64,000 bases of DNA from positions 20,388,213-20,452,212 of the forward strand of contig OZ234493.1 of NCBI GenBank assembly GCA_965153455.1, given 5' to 3'. This stretch comes from Sphagnum compactum. Its lineage: Eukaryota. Position numbers and translations under genes: made by a program. This document shows positions 11,711 to 22,758 of the stretch, piece by piece. Numbering within the stretch: position 1 is the first letter of the stretch; each line of letters begins with the position of its first letter. Below the pieces are notes generated by a model. The model was not told the origin of the DNA and made no database searches. It saw only the letters and a program-made list of their open reading frames with translations.

Positions 11711-13504
11711 CAGTAGCCTCCCGCCTAAGTACGCAACTTGAACCTGGGAGGATTGTGCGTACTTAGTCGGTAGGTGCGCACTTTAGACGAATCACTTCCT
11801 AATCGCTTGATTCGACTGCAATGTTGAAGAAACCGAACGGGAAATGCCTCAATGAGTCCCAACGATGCGAGATCATAGCGAAGCTGAGCAAGACGGATGC
11901 TCCCAGTAAAAGGGCTATAGCGTGCGAGTACGATGTTAGTGAAGGAGCTATCATAAAAGTGTGGGACAAGCGGGAACAAATCCTAGAGCGATTTGCCTTA
12001 ATGTCTGATGACGCTAAAGAGAAAACTTTTCGATCCTCTGTTGGTCGTTTCACCGAGCTTGAAGACATGCTTTACATCTGGATTGACAGCATGCATCGTG
12101 CCAATCATCCTGTTCCGCCATCTCTCGCCATCGCTAAAGCGAAAAGTATTGCATCGAGTTTATCGATTCCGGAAACGGACTTCAAGGCATCCTGGCAATG
12201 GCTAAGTCGATTCAGAGTGCGCCGAGGGTTGCAAAAGATGCTGCTTCACGGAGAGGGAGCTGAAGTCAACAAATCCAATCCTGGATTGTTGGCAGCTTTA
12301 GACGACCTCTACGTGATTATTGCCCAATATGATCTTGAAAACGTCTACAATATGGACAAGACCGGCTTGTTTTTTCGCCTACTACCGAGATACAGCCTTC
12401 TAATGCTAGATGAGGACATATCAACCACTAGAGGGAAGAAAAAATCCAAAGATCGGGTTTCTCTTATCGTGTGTGCCAACGCTGTGGAAATTCACAAACA
12501 AGCTAAAGCTTGGATGGACGTGGAAACGTGTTGGAAGTGGTTCAACGAAGTGTTTCTTCTAGAAGTGAAAAAACGAACCGGACGTCGGGTTCTTTTGCTG
12601 TTGGACAATGCCCCCGGACACTTTGAGGCTTTTGAATGCGACAATGTTAGGATCGTCTTCTTTCCCCCAAATTGCACAAGTTGGAAACAGCCCTGTGATA
12701 TGGGCATAATCGCAGCTCTGAAGAAGAGGTTCAAATATCTTTATCTCAAGGATGTTCTTGACTTCTATGAATTGGATGAGGAGGCGAAACTTCGAAAGAA
12801 AATGCAGGGGCGGAGATTACGACGCGGTGCTGCTGGAGTTGCATACGAAAATCCAACTCACCTACTCGATGCTGCAAGTTATGTCAAAGAAGCTTGGCAA
12901 TCCGTGTCACCAAGCTCTATAAAAAATGCATTTATCAAGGCGGAAATAATGACATTAGAAGCCGATCAGGAAGCAGTGAACGAGATCGAGGATTTAGGGA
13001 TCGAAGTTGCACAAGCTATCGCAGCTTTAAATCTTTCTGTTGGGCAAGACGAGCTTGAAGAATTTGTTCATGTCGACAATGAAAACAGTGAAGAATTCGC
13101 AGCTATAGTTTTGGAAGACGTTGAAGAGCTTTTGGAGACGATGAAGATTGTTGAAGAGAATCTGGACGATGACAATGATGATGACATTTTTACCTCTCAA
13201 GCGTCAGATTCGGGTTTAGGAAACACTGTTGTATTTAAGGGATTCGAGTCACTTTATAAACAAGTTGTTGATATAGAGGATCAATTGCTTTGCTCCGAAG
13301 TTCAAAAAGAGGCTGAGGAAACATTCGATGATCTTAAAAAGTTGTTTGAATCGTTTCAAAATAAAGTCCGGGCTGTCACCTTGAAAGCCAAATGTAAGAA
13401 TTTTCAAAACTTGCGCCAAATGACAATCCATGACATGTTGAACTAAATAAATTTGAACCCTATTTTTTCGAGAAAATAATGCGTACTTAGGCGGGAGGCT
13501 ACTG
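11711..13504 (+). mobile_element. Full-length pogo/Tigger-like DNA transposon (1794 bp)
   Basis: Perfect 25-bp TIRs CAGTAGCCTCCCGCCTAAGTACGCA (11711-11735, 13480-13504), TA TSDs (11709-11710, 13505-13506) and a single transposase ORF. Confidence 0.97.
11821..13446 (+). CDS. pogo-family transposase (CENP-B-type HTH + DDE_1, DD30D), 541 aa, probable in-frame internal deletion
   Basis: FKASWQWLSRFR HTH motif. Catalytic motifs YNMDKTG, LLLDNAPGH and QPCDMG, with 30 residues between the second and third Asp. Acidic tail and a degenerate PIP-like QMTIHDML C-terminus. Confidence 0.93.
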   Translation: MLKKPNGKCLNESQRCEIIAKLSKTDAPSKRAIACEYDVSEGAIIKVWDKREQILERFALMSDDAKEKTFRSSVGRFTELEDMLYIWIDSMHRANHPVPPSLAIAKAKSIASSLSIPETDFKASWQWLSRFRVRRGLQKMLLHGEGAEVNKSNPGLLAALDDLYVIIAQYDLENVYNMDKTGLFFRLLPRYSLLMLDEDISTTRGKKKSKDRVSLIVCANAVEIHKQAKAWMDVETCWKWFNEVFLLEVKKRTGRRVLLLLDNAPGHFEAFECDNVRIVFFPPNCTSWKQPCDMGIIAALKKRFKYLYLKDVLDFYELDEEAKLRKKMQGRRLRRGAAGVAYENPTHLLDAASYVKEAWQSVSPSSIKNAFIKAEIMTLEADQEAVNEIEDLGIEVAQAIAALNLSVGQDELEEFVHVDNENSEEFAAIVLEDVEELLETMKIVEENLDDDNDDDIFTSQASDSGLGNTVVFKGFESLYKQVVDIEDQLLCSEVQKEAEETFDDLKKLFESFQNKVRAVTLKAKCKNFQNLRQMTIHDMLN

Positions 13505-14794
13505 TACTAGATCACACCCCAAGTAAGTTACACTACTTGCACAATATTTACTTGTGTAACTGACATTCATGAAATATTCCCATAGTTAAATCCCACCTCC
13601 CCCCCATCCTAAGTTACACATAGTTAGAAATGAATTATTTATGTGAACTTGACTAGATCTTAGGTAAACAAATTCTAAAAAATTTATTGACTTGTTCATG
13701 GAAGGATGATAGTTTTAAAAGGATAATATGTGATGTAATATTTTGGCTTGTAGTTGATAAATGAGAATGTTTAAGAAATGTGTATGAATGGGATTCATAA
13801 TCCATTCATTTTTTTTTTCGAATACATAAGAGGTTGTGAGTGAAATTTTGATCTCATAATTTTTTCTTTTCATAATTTTTATTTTGTTATTTTATGTTCA
13901 ATTTGGAATAAGCCTTTTGTGAACAAACCTATGATGCAATAAATTTGTGTGCCCTTTTGATTATGAAAGTGCTCACAAAAACAAACCTATGTCTTTTTAT
14001 GAAATGATCCTCATAAAACAAAATTTTAAACATGTGCGGTGAGCTCCTCAATGAGTGTAACTCGCATAAAAATCAAAATTTTAAGCATATGAATGACCAT
14101 TGCCCAAAAATATATAAGTTTCATCTCTTATATTTGTAAAATGTTTGGTATGTTGTGTGAGTGTTATGTGAGAATTTAGTTGCATAACCTACTTATGTGA
14201 TAATAGGGGCTTAATTCAAAAATTTCAAAATTAACCCTCACAAGCTTGGACTTTTCTTAAACTAGAATCACATCCAATCAAACAAATAAACATACACCTA
14301 TCTTGTTAGACATCCGTGTCTCAATTTTATCACATATTAAGTTGCCTATATATCATCCTCTGCTTGGATGAAGAGTGACCCATATCCAGATGCAATTTGT
14401 GATGCATCCACATGCTGGATGTGAAATTACATAACCGTAACCAACCAACTCTTGTCACTTACCTAGTCCATACATCACCATAGCCCATACTGCTTCTCAC
14501 ACACATTGCATCCTTTTTGTGATGAATTATGCATCCCAAGAAGTGATAAATTTTTAGAATCATTCCATTTGAAGGTTTGGGTTGCTTTTCATTATTTTGA
14601 AATCTGCAACTTGATCCCTTGGACTTCACACCATTGTCATTGGGGCCACGGGACCTTTGGCTTACATGGTCCAGTAAGCGTGGCTGTAAACTCTAAAATC
14701 GGATGTAGACTTGAGGTACAATAGGGTCATCTCACACGATCGGATTCACTTTGTTGGCCTTGCCTTGGTAGGCATGGATATTGTGTTTAGATTC

Positions 14795-15064
14795 ATTACA
14801 GAGTATAGTAGCTTAAGGGATTTTGGCCCCTAGGTAATAGAACTATTTTTATACGAGGACTTCTGAAATATGATATTTTGGCTTGTGTTGAAACTTGAGA
14901 TTAGTTATAGAGTTATAGTTTGAAGGATTTTGGTCTCTTTTAGAAGATTTTTTTGAAGATTATAGTTTTGAGTGGTGAAACATTTGAGTTTTCATAATTC
15001 CTCTTTTGCCTTAAGATACCTTTAAAATGTAAATGGCAAGGCCATAGTGTGACACACCCTTGTT
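14795..15064 (+). repeat. Dispersed ~270-bp repeat, copy 1 (copy 2 at ~56951-57222)
   Basis: AGAGTATAGTAGCTTAAGG..TTTTGGCCC...ATATTTTGGCTTGTGTTGAAACTTGA...TGTAAATGGCAAGGCCA is shared by both loci. Confidence 0.85.
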
Positions 15065-15324
15065 GCTAGTGGCAGTATTTGGCCCCACTTAGGGGGCTAC
15101 GTGAAGTACCACTTGTCTGAGAATTTGACATGAACTGCGGGCCATTGTATGTGCGGTATAGGACCTAGGTAACAACGAACAATGTTGTAGTGGTCCTTTG
15201 GTACTTTCTTCTTACTATGAAGTTATATTGTCCTTACAATGGATATGAACCCTCTTAGGAAGGGGTACCTCTTATAGCCCAGGTCTACAATGGTGACAAA
15301 CAGTTTTAAGGATAGAACAACATG

Positions 15325-15560
15325 TTTCCATGATGTTCCCAATGTGTTTTCACAGGTGCCCAATGGTTCCTAAAAAGTTTTCCAAGTTCTCAATGTGTTC
15401 CTCAAGATGTTCCCAATAGCCACCACACTTTATCCCATTGCTTTGGCCCAAAGTTGAGCTTTCACAACTTACAAAGGTGGCCCAAAGGGAAGCACCTCCA
15501 TACTTCTATTTGGGGAGTGTGCAATGTTTCAAATTGGTTTTCGGCCAATCAAAATAGCTC
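15325..15560 (+). repeat. Dispersed repeat family (TGTTCCCAAT...TAGCACC.CACTTT)
   Basis: Related copies at ~16550-16720 (+), ~57350-57450 (-) and ~57870-58010 (-). Confidence 0.7.
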
Positions 15561-16090
15561 TTTGCAAAAAAATAGAAAATAAAAAATCGGTTGCACTCCT
15601 CTGGAACAATTTTTTTTTGGCTCATGGAAATAATTTTTTGGGCCCATGAATTATTTTTTCATGGTGCCATCTGTGGCAAATTTACCCCTCAACACCCTCT
15701 TCTTGAGGTTATTGTAGAATTTATCAATTTCATTACGCCACCAAATCATCAATATGTGCCTAAATTAAATTACCTTCTTAATTTGTCATTTCTGTACAGA
15801 AACCACCCCCCCAAACAAATGACACTATAATATACTTTATTAGATGGATGAAGATGGGAAATTAATTTTTAGGGGGGTATGCCTTACATGTTGTGGTTGG
15901 AGAATTTTGCCATTGCATTTGGTGCACTCTACAGCAAAGGAGTTATTATATTACGTTAATTAGTGTGATGCAAATTAATTAGTTGGGGGGTGCCTTCCAA
16001 GTTGAAAATTTTCTTTTGCAATGATTCTTGATTGGCCCATCGCAAAATGTTCTGTAATTTTCAAGACTCCCCCAATGTCGAAATACTTTA

Positions 16091-16316
16091 CCTTAGGGTC
16101 AGTTTTGTCATTTAATAATTTTTAAAATAGTGAAATGAATTTTTGTGAAAATATGAAGTTGATGTATGAAAAACCATCATAATTATTGCAGGCTACAATC
16201 TGAATAATTTCATTCCTCATACAACAATATCAGTAGATCATGGGATGTTTTAAAAAATTCAAATAAAAAAGAATTATATTTTGTTGGAAAAATGAATCTT
16301 GTCAATGTGGAAACAT
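16091..16316 (+). mobile_element. MITE, diverged copy of 17000-17244
   Basis: Collinear similarity (AAAATAGTGAAATGAA.TTTTGTGAAAATATGAAGTT...GTCAATGTGGAAA); right TIR incomplete. Confidence 0.7.
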
Positions 16317-16999
16317 ACGGTTCTCTTTTTGAGTTAATTAATATTTAAAATTTGTTAATTTCCTTATTAATATCTCAACTTTTGTTGAATGCAAAAATAA
16401 TTATAAAATGGGGGTGGAATTGAATTTTTTTTAATTATTTAAAGATTGGACAATGGATTGTCAAACTGGCAATGAGGAATTGAGCACACACCCAATAGAC
16501 CATTTTTTTCTTTGGGTGTGGGTGAGGGCAGTGTCGGAATTTTTAAAAAAAAAATGTTCCCAATGTGTTCCCATCAGGTTCCAACTGAGTTCTCAACATG
16601 TTATTGAAGTTCTCAATGTGTTCCTCAACATGTTCCCAATAGCACCTCACTTTGTCTCATATGTTGTTGCCCAAACGTTGTCCTTTTGGAACCTATATAG
16701 ATGAACAAATATTGGCACATATATGTTTCTATGTTTGTTTGTTTGTTTTTTTCTTTTTTTTTCCCTTTTTTTTGACACAAATAAAAATGATGCCAATTGC
16801 ACTTTGATGAAGTTAAGGGAGTTGAGTAGGGTACTTTTATAGTATTAAAAGAATTATTATTCCTCTCCCTCACCAAGTTGCTAATTTTTTCATGTGCACA
16901 TACTAGACAAAGGCTTGATTTCTTTGTAACCAAGACCCCTTGAATGTGGAAAAAAGAAAACAGGGAAAGAAAAAAAAGTGTTTATATATATATACCTTA

Positions 17000-17244
17000 C
17001 CCCAAGGTCAATTTCGTCATTAAATAATCCTCAAAATAGTGAAATGAAATTTTGTGAAAATATGAAGTTTGACATGTTGAAAATCATCATAATTATCATA
17101 GGCTTACACTTTGAATAATTTCACTACTCATATCACAATATTATAGTAGATAATGGAAAAATATATAATTTCAAAAATTAAAAAACTAATTCATTTTTTG
17201 AGAAAATAGAAATCCTTATGTCAATGTGGAAATTGACCCTAGGC
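17000..17244 (+). mobile_element. Tc1/mariner-pogo-type MITE (245 bp)
   Basis: Imperfect TIRs CCCAAGGTCAATTTCGTCATT / AATGTGGAAATTGACCCTAGG with TA on both flanks (16998-16999, 17245-17246). Confidence 0.75.
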
Positions 17245-20200
17245 TATATGGTATATAAAACTTTTGACACAATTTTCGAATGTTTATCAAAAACTTAAAA
17301 AATTCAAATATTATTATTAAATTGGCCCAAGTACTGTTAGTGTTTTGTTTGTGCAAAATGTTCTGTGAAAAAGGGGATATTTTCATCATAGTATTTCAGG
17401 ATAGCACCATCACTTGTACGGTTGAGATGGACCAAAATCAACAGTAGACATTTGTTGTGAATGAAACACCCCCCTTGAAGGGAGACTAAGACAAACGTCC
17501 ATGTGCCATCCCTGGTGCAGGGTGGGGCCCCCCAAATTACGGACCCCCAAACCTTGACCGTTGATCTGAATGGATTGCAACCCTACAACCCATGGAGGTC
17601 CTTAGTTGTAAACCCATGAAAGACCCCACATCTCACACCTTGGACCTTGGGCTCCACTCTCAGTTCATTTTGCCTTGACACGAAGGTCTTACATTCAGCT
17701 CTAAAAGAGGGAGGCCATAGCTCACCCACCCCGCCCCTACCATTGATACGACCACTTTTTCATGATTATCATAGTACCTATCCATTCCTTCATTTTCTTG
17801 TCGAATATTTTTTTTTTCATTTTTTCATTCCTGCAATAACAATAAAAATTTCTTAAAATACCGGCACTTTCAAAGACCTGGCCATGTAGACTTGGAATAA
17901 ACAAAATATCCATGTACATATTAAACAACAATATAATTTCTAGAATTTCTGGCATTGTGGACAGCTAATTTTGAAAAAAATCAGCATTTATTGAAAAATT
18001 ATTTAATTATTGCTGGAATGGTAAAGGTACTATCGGAATGCCCTCCATTCTTCATTATTTTGAGATGTTCATATTTCTGACACAAAATTGTATATGGCTC
18101 ATCCTTTTTGGGCCCTGCGCCCACAGGGACAGGGACTATGGCATTCAATCCAACTTTTGGAAGTTTTACCTTATTAGAACTGGTTTCATATTAGGCGAAC
18201 CGGTTTCTTTGGTGAAAGTGTTTAGACTGTTTAAAGTGGAACAGATGTTTTTTGGTGTTCAGAGTGTGGACACAGTAGGTAGATGTACAACATCTTATTT
18301 ATTGGCAGGGCCAGCATGTTTGTGATGCCTTGTTTCCTAGTGTTACCTCCAATAACTAAAAGAAGAAAAACCTCGGATAAGTAGCAAGAGCAAGCTCAAC
18401 TGCACTTTTCTCAAGGTCTTTAGAGTTGTAGGTTTCAAATACTTTTTCAATTACCTACCTACTAGTGTACATGGTCACTCCCATGTCAATAATAGGTTGA
18501 ATATAATTGATGGCATTAGTTTGACATAATAAGGATTTGAACCTTGCAACCACTTGCAAGTTGGCGGGCGACAATAGTAGCAACACATTACATGAAAGCT
18601 GGATCACAAAGCCTAATTTGCAAAAGATTGTGTACAATTGAGACGAAAACATGTGTGTGGCATTCTTTTAGTTTTCAAGAGATCTTCTCCCAAAATACTT
18701 GACGCCTATCATACTCTAGCAGGTGTACTTGTACGGTGACACCAATGCTTTGTGTTTTTCCTTTTTCTAATCAATTTATTTAATACTTTGCTTCTCCAAT
18801 CTTATGTGATGGAAAGGTTGGTCCTTTGTTGGAAGCATTACTTAGCATTGAAATTTTAGTAACCCAGTTGAATATCTAACCCTCTCCCTTTATGGAGAAA
18901 AATACCTCCAATTGTTCTTTTGGTGGTTTGTCACATGAACAACTCGTGGTTTGATTCTTGGGTAGGGACATTTTTACTTTTAAAAATGATTTCACATTTT
19001 TCTGCACTTTGGGTTTCATCTTCTTGTCAATTCTTCTTTGAACTGGAGGCCCATTTCTTTTCCCAAAAGGTACTTTAGAGTTCAAAACCTTTTCTTTTCC
19101 CTCACCTCAGTAGTACATGATACTGGAATACCTTGGCAGCTTTGACACTAATTATTTTCAGAAATGTTGAGATTTTGAAAAGAATAATTTTGTGAAGGAA
19201 CAAAATTTTATAAAAGGAAAAATTGAGAACCTCCAAGAATATTCTGGAATATACTATTTTTCTGGAAATGGAATCTTCAATATAAAGCAATTATTCAACA
19301 CTGGGACTGTTGAACTTGGCATGGCTCTAGGGTACCTTATCCTGCTTTCATAATTTTGTATTTTCTTTCAGTTTCCTTTTTCAGAATGCAATTTTCTAAT
19401 GTCAGCAAAGAATTATAGGTACTCACAAGAAAATAACATATTCATTACTGATTCAACATCCCTAGTACCGACCCCACCTAAAGCACTCCAAGAAGTTTCT
19501 GACTGTGTTCGGAAATAGGATGGCACTTTAAATTTCTCAATAATAGAGTTATCCATAAAGTCACCTTGTCTTCACCCTGTCTTTGGGCCTGCTTTCGCTC
19601 CCTATCCCCTCTTCCAGTGGTATCCACAAAGTAACGAAATTTCATTGAATCTCACTATGAAATGCGGAAACTGAGCATTTAATGCACAAGGTTCGAGAGC
19701 AATTATAATAACAGGTAGGAGCACTGAAAATATATTTGGCAGGAGTGGAGACACTCCGGAAAAAGGAAAGAGAGGATGAAACTCAGTTTATCACTAAATT
19801 TGTTGGAAAAAATAGTTTGGGTCATAGTTATTTTGCTTTGTAAAATTTTCATTCCCAGTTACATGTTTGCTGCCTTATTATGCCGAAACTGGCCGTTCTA
19901 ATTCCGAGACTTTCCGGATAGCTCTAATGCCTCTACAAAAAAAAGGGGGGGGGGGAAGAGGAGGGCAGGAGGGCACCTTAGGCCTACAAGAGGCTTCTGA
20001 CAGCTACTACCCATCTTAGGCCCCTTTTTTTACTAACAATCCCGCCCTGGGACAATACCCTAGAGTTTTTCAAGGAAAGCAATTCGCATAATCCTCGTGT
20101 TGGGCAGTTCTTGACTTTAATGAACAACCTTTAGTTCCAGTTCTTAAAAAATATTACAATGGTTCCAGTCCCCAAAAAAATGGAACCTCGAGTCTGGTTC

Positions 20201-21736
20201 TGACCCAGTTGTTGAAAAAACGAAAATCCAGGTTTCAGTATTGGTGCTGAAATCAGACGCAGTTCCCCATAACTCGGTCTGGAATCAACGGTTAACTGTT
20301 GGTTAACCTCCAGTTAGCCGTGGATTCCAAACTAATTCGAAAAATTAAAATCTGGTTTCAGTTGTAGAACCAAGTTGAGGTTTCAATTAACTTCCCAAAA
20401 CCAATCAGCCTGATTTTAGAGCCAGTTCCGGTTGCAAAAATTGGGTTGGTTTTATTCTCGATTCTGATTCTAGTTCCAAAACTGGATCCAAAATCATACT
20501 CGGTTCTAGTTCGGGCTTTACTAATCAGAACTGGAACTGACGATTCTAACCATGTAATTGCCCTGCATGGGTAAAGATGTGCTCCAAATTTTGTAACGGG
20601 CACAATGCACAGCATAATTTTTCGTCCACTGTTTGGGCTGTGTTTTGAAAGATCTGGGCAGGAATTCTGTTTTTTGAAATTCCCCCCATTTTTTCAAAAT
20701 TTATTTCATTTTTTCACTAGCGAAGACCAAATTTCTTTTGGAGCAAGCCTTTTTTTTTTGTTGGGTAAAGCCCTTGGCTTCATGCTTTATTGGAATTGGG
20801 CCAATGCTCGGCTCCGCCTTGTGCGAGCCCTTATTCCGGGAAAGCCCATGCGCTCCAAGTTTAAACTACAGGAAATCACCACCAAAGTTTGACCTGCCCA
20901 AACCAGGAAATGATCATACATGGGTTTTACTCCAGAGAAATTTTGGACTTCTTATTTTTCATGGTCATAGTTCAAATGGTACTCTACCTAACTTGGCAAC
21001 TTAATAGACACATGTATGTCAAATAATTAATTAATCTAAAAAAATCATTTCCACAAACAGAATATATATTCCTGAAAATTCCATAATTTTCTTTTGGCAT
21101 TTTTTCATTTGGAGTTTTTTTTTGGGTGAAAATTTCAACATTTCTGAAACTAATATAATTAGTGTCCAAACTTCCAAAGGCATTATTAAATAAATAAATA
21201 AATAAATAAAGGTGTACATCAAGGGAATAGACTCAGGGATTTAAGAAAATAATAATTCTGCTGTAGCACAAGGTTCCAATCCACTATAAGAAGAAAATCT
21301 GTTTCAAAGTTATGAAAGTTGAAAATCTGAACCATATTTTTCTTCATGTTTGAGCCTGATTTAGAATCTTGAGGATTTCAGACCAAAAAAGCCAAAGTCT
21401 CTTAAATAAATATGGCAAAATAGTTTCAAAGAATGAAAGAATCTTGCCATTTCAAATTTGGCTCTGTGTCACAATTTGGCGAAATTTCGCACAAAAGAAT
21501 TTGGTAGCTAACAATGCTAATCGCCACCCCCAGAAAAAATGAAATAAAATCCCCATATTTAAGAAAACAAAGAAGTTATTATGTACCTAGGATGTACCTT
21601 ATTTGGCAAGCAAATTGTGTCAATAATTTAACAAACAAAAAAAAAAGGGTTACTACTAAAATTGTCGAGGAATATTACAACACAAAGGGCATCAAATCAT
21701 AAGAAAAAAACAAAAAAATAAAATAAAAATAAAATC

Positions 21737-21800
21737 AGGGCCCGGTTTGAACTTGGCTCGTCACGTCAAGCTTTTCGGCTATGGCGAATGTCGCGCGCCT
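21737..21800 (+). promoter_or_regulatory. Putative proximal promoter of the F-box gene
   Basis: Abrupt AT-to-GC shift, GGGCCC (site II-like), tandem CGTCACGTCA (two TGACG on the minus strand, 21759-21768), followed by (GTC)n and CT-rich leader sequence. Confidence 0.4.
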
Positions 21801-21814
21801 TGTTCCCATGGCTA

Positions 21815-21851
21815 TGTCGTCGTAGTCGTCGTCGTCGTCGTTGTCGTCGTT
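21815..21851. repeat. (GTC)n microsatellite in the presumed 5' UTR
   Basis: Imperfect GTC triplet run. Confidence 0.85.
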
Positions 21852-22758
21852 CCCCGTCTTCTGCGACCTCCTCTGCTCTCCTCTCATCTTTCTGCAAACT
21901 GGAATCGTATTCCCCTGTGTTTCTTCTCTACTTTGTGTCTTGATACCATCTCCTTCGGTGAACTGAGTCGCTCGTATTACCCCAGAGTCTTTTCCCCGAT
22001 CCGCCTGTGCAGGTGTGCTGTTTTTTTGTACAAAGTTGGACGGTTTGTCGCTCTTTTTCCTGGATCCGTTCTTCTTTGGTTGTTCTATAGTCTTTTGTTT
22101 TCTGGTTGCGGATTTTTCTGGTAGTCATTACGGCGATTGTTGGTAAAACTGTTTTTTTTTCGTTTTTTTTTTTGCTTTTTTGCACTGTTGTTGTTAGTCT
22201 TTGGTGGCGGGAGATTCTTAGGTTAGGGTTTGTAGTAGATGTCTTGTGGTTTTCTGATGTGCTTGTGGGAGGAGGAGAGTTACAGATCTTGTTGAACAAA
22301 CATTATTGTCCTCGGCAACAAACAAACGCGAAGGAGGCGGAGGAGGAGCGTAGCGGGGTTTTCTACGCGTCTTTATTAGCAATAGATTGGGGGTTGTTTT
22401 GTTTGTTTGTTTCCTCCTCGAGCGTTGTTGTTCCTGTGACGAAGGTGCGGAGGAAGTAGAATTTTGTTCATAGGAGGCTGACTTCTTGTCCATTTTGTAA
22501 TGAGGTTGCAGAGAAGGTTTCTTGGTGTCGGTAGGGTAGAGAAGCTGCTCGTGGTCTTATTGTCGGTTTTGAGAAGCTCGCGGTTCGGGGGTGGTTGAGT
22601 ATGCAGGACGACGACAGTCTACAGTTTTCTATACTACATATCCATGCCTGGCGTGTGGAAACTGTCATCCGAACTATCGTTTTCAGTGGTAATTGAGTGC
22701 AATTCCGTAGCTTCGTTCGACATCATAGTAGCGACGAAGCTCTCGACTGGAGGCCTGT

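Noticed and set aside
21747..22493. Hydrophobic or Lys-rich ORFs of 90-125 aa
   Set aside because: They derive from (GTC)n and T-rich leader or intron sequence and show no domain signature.
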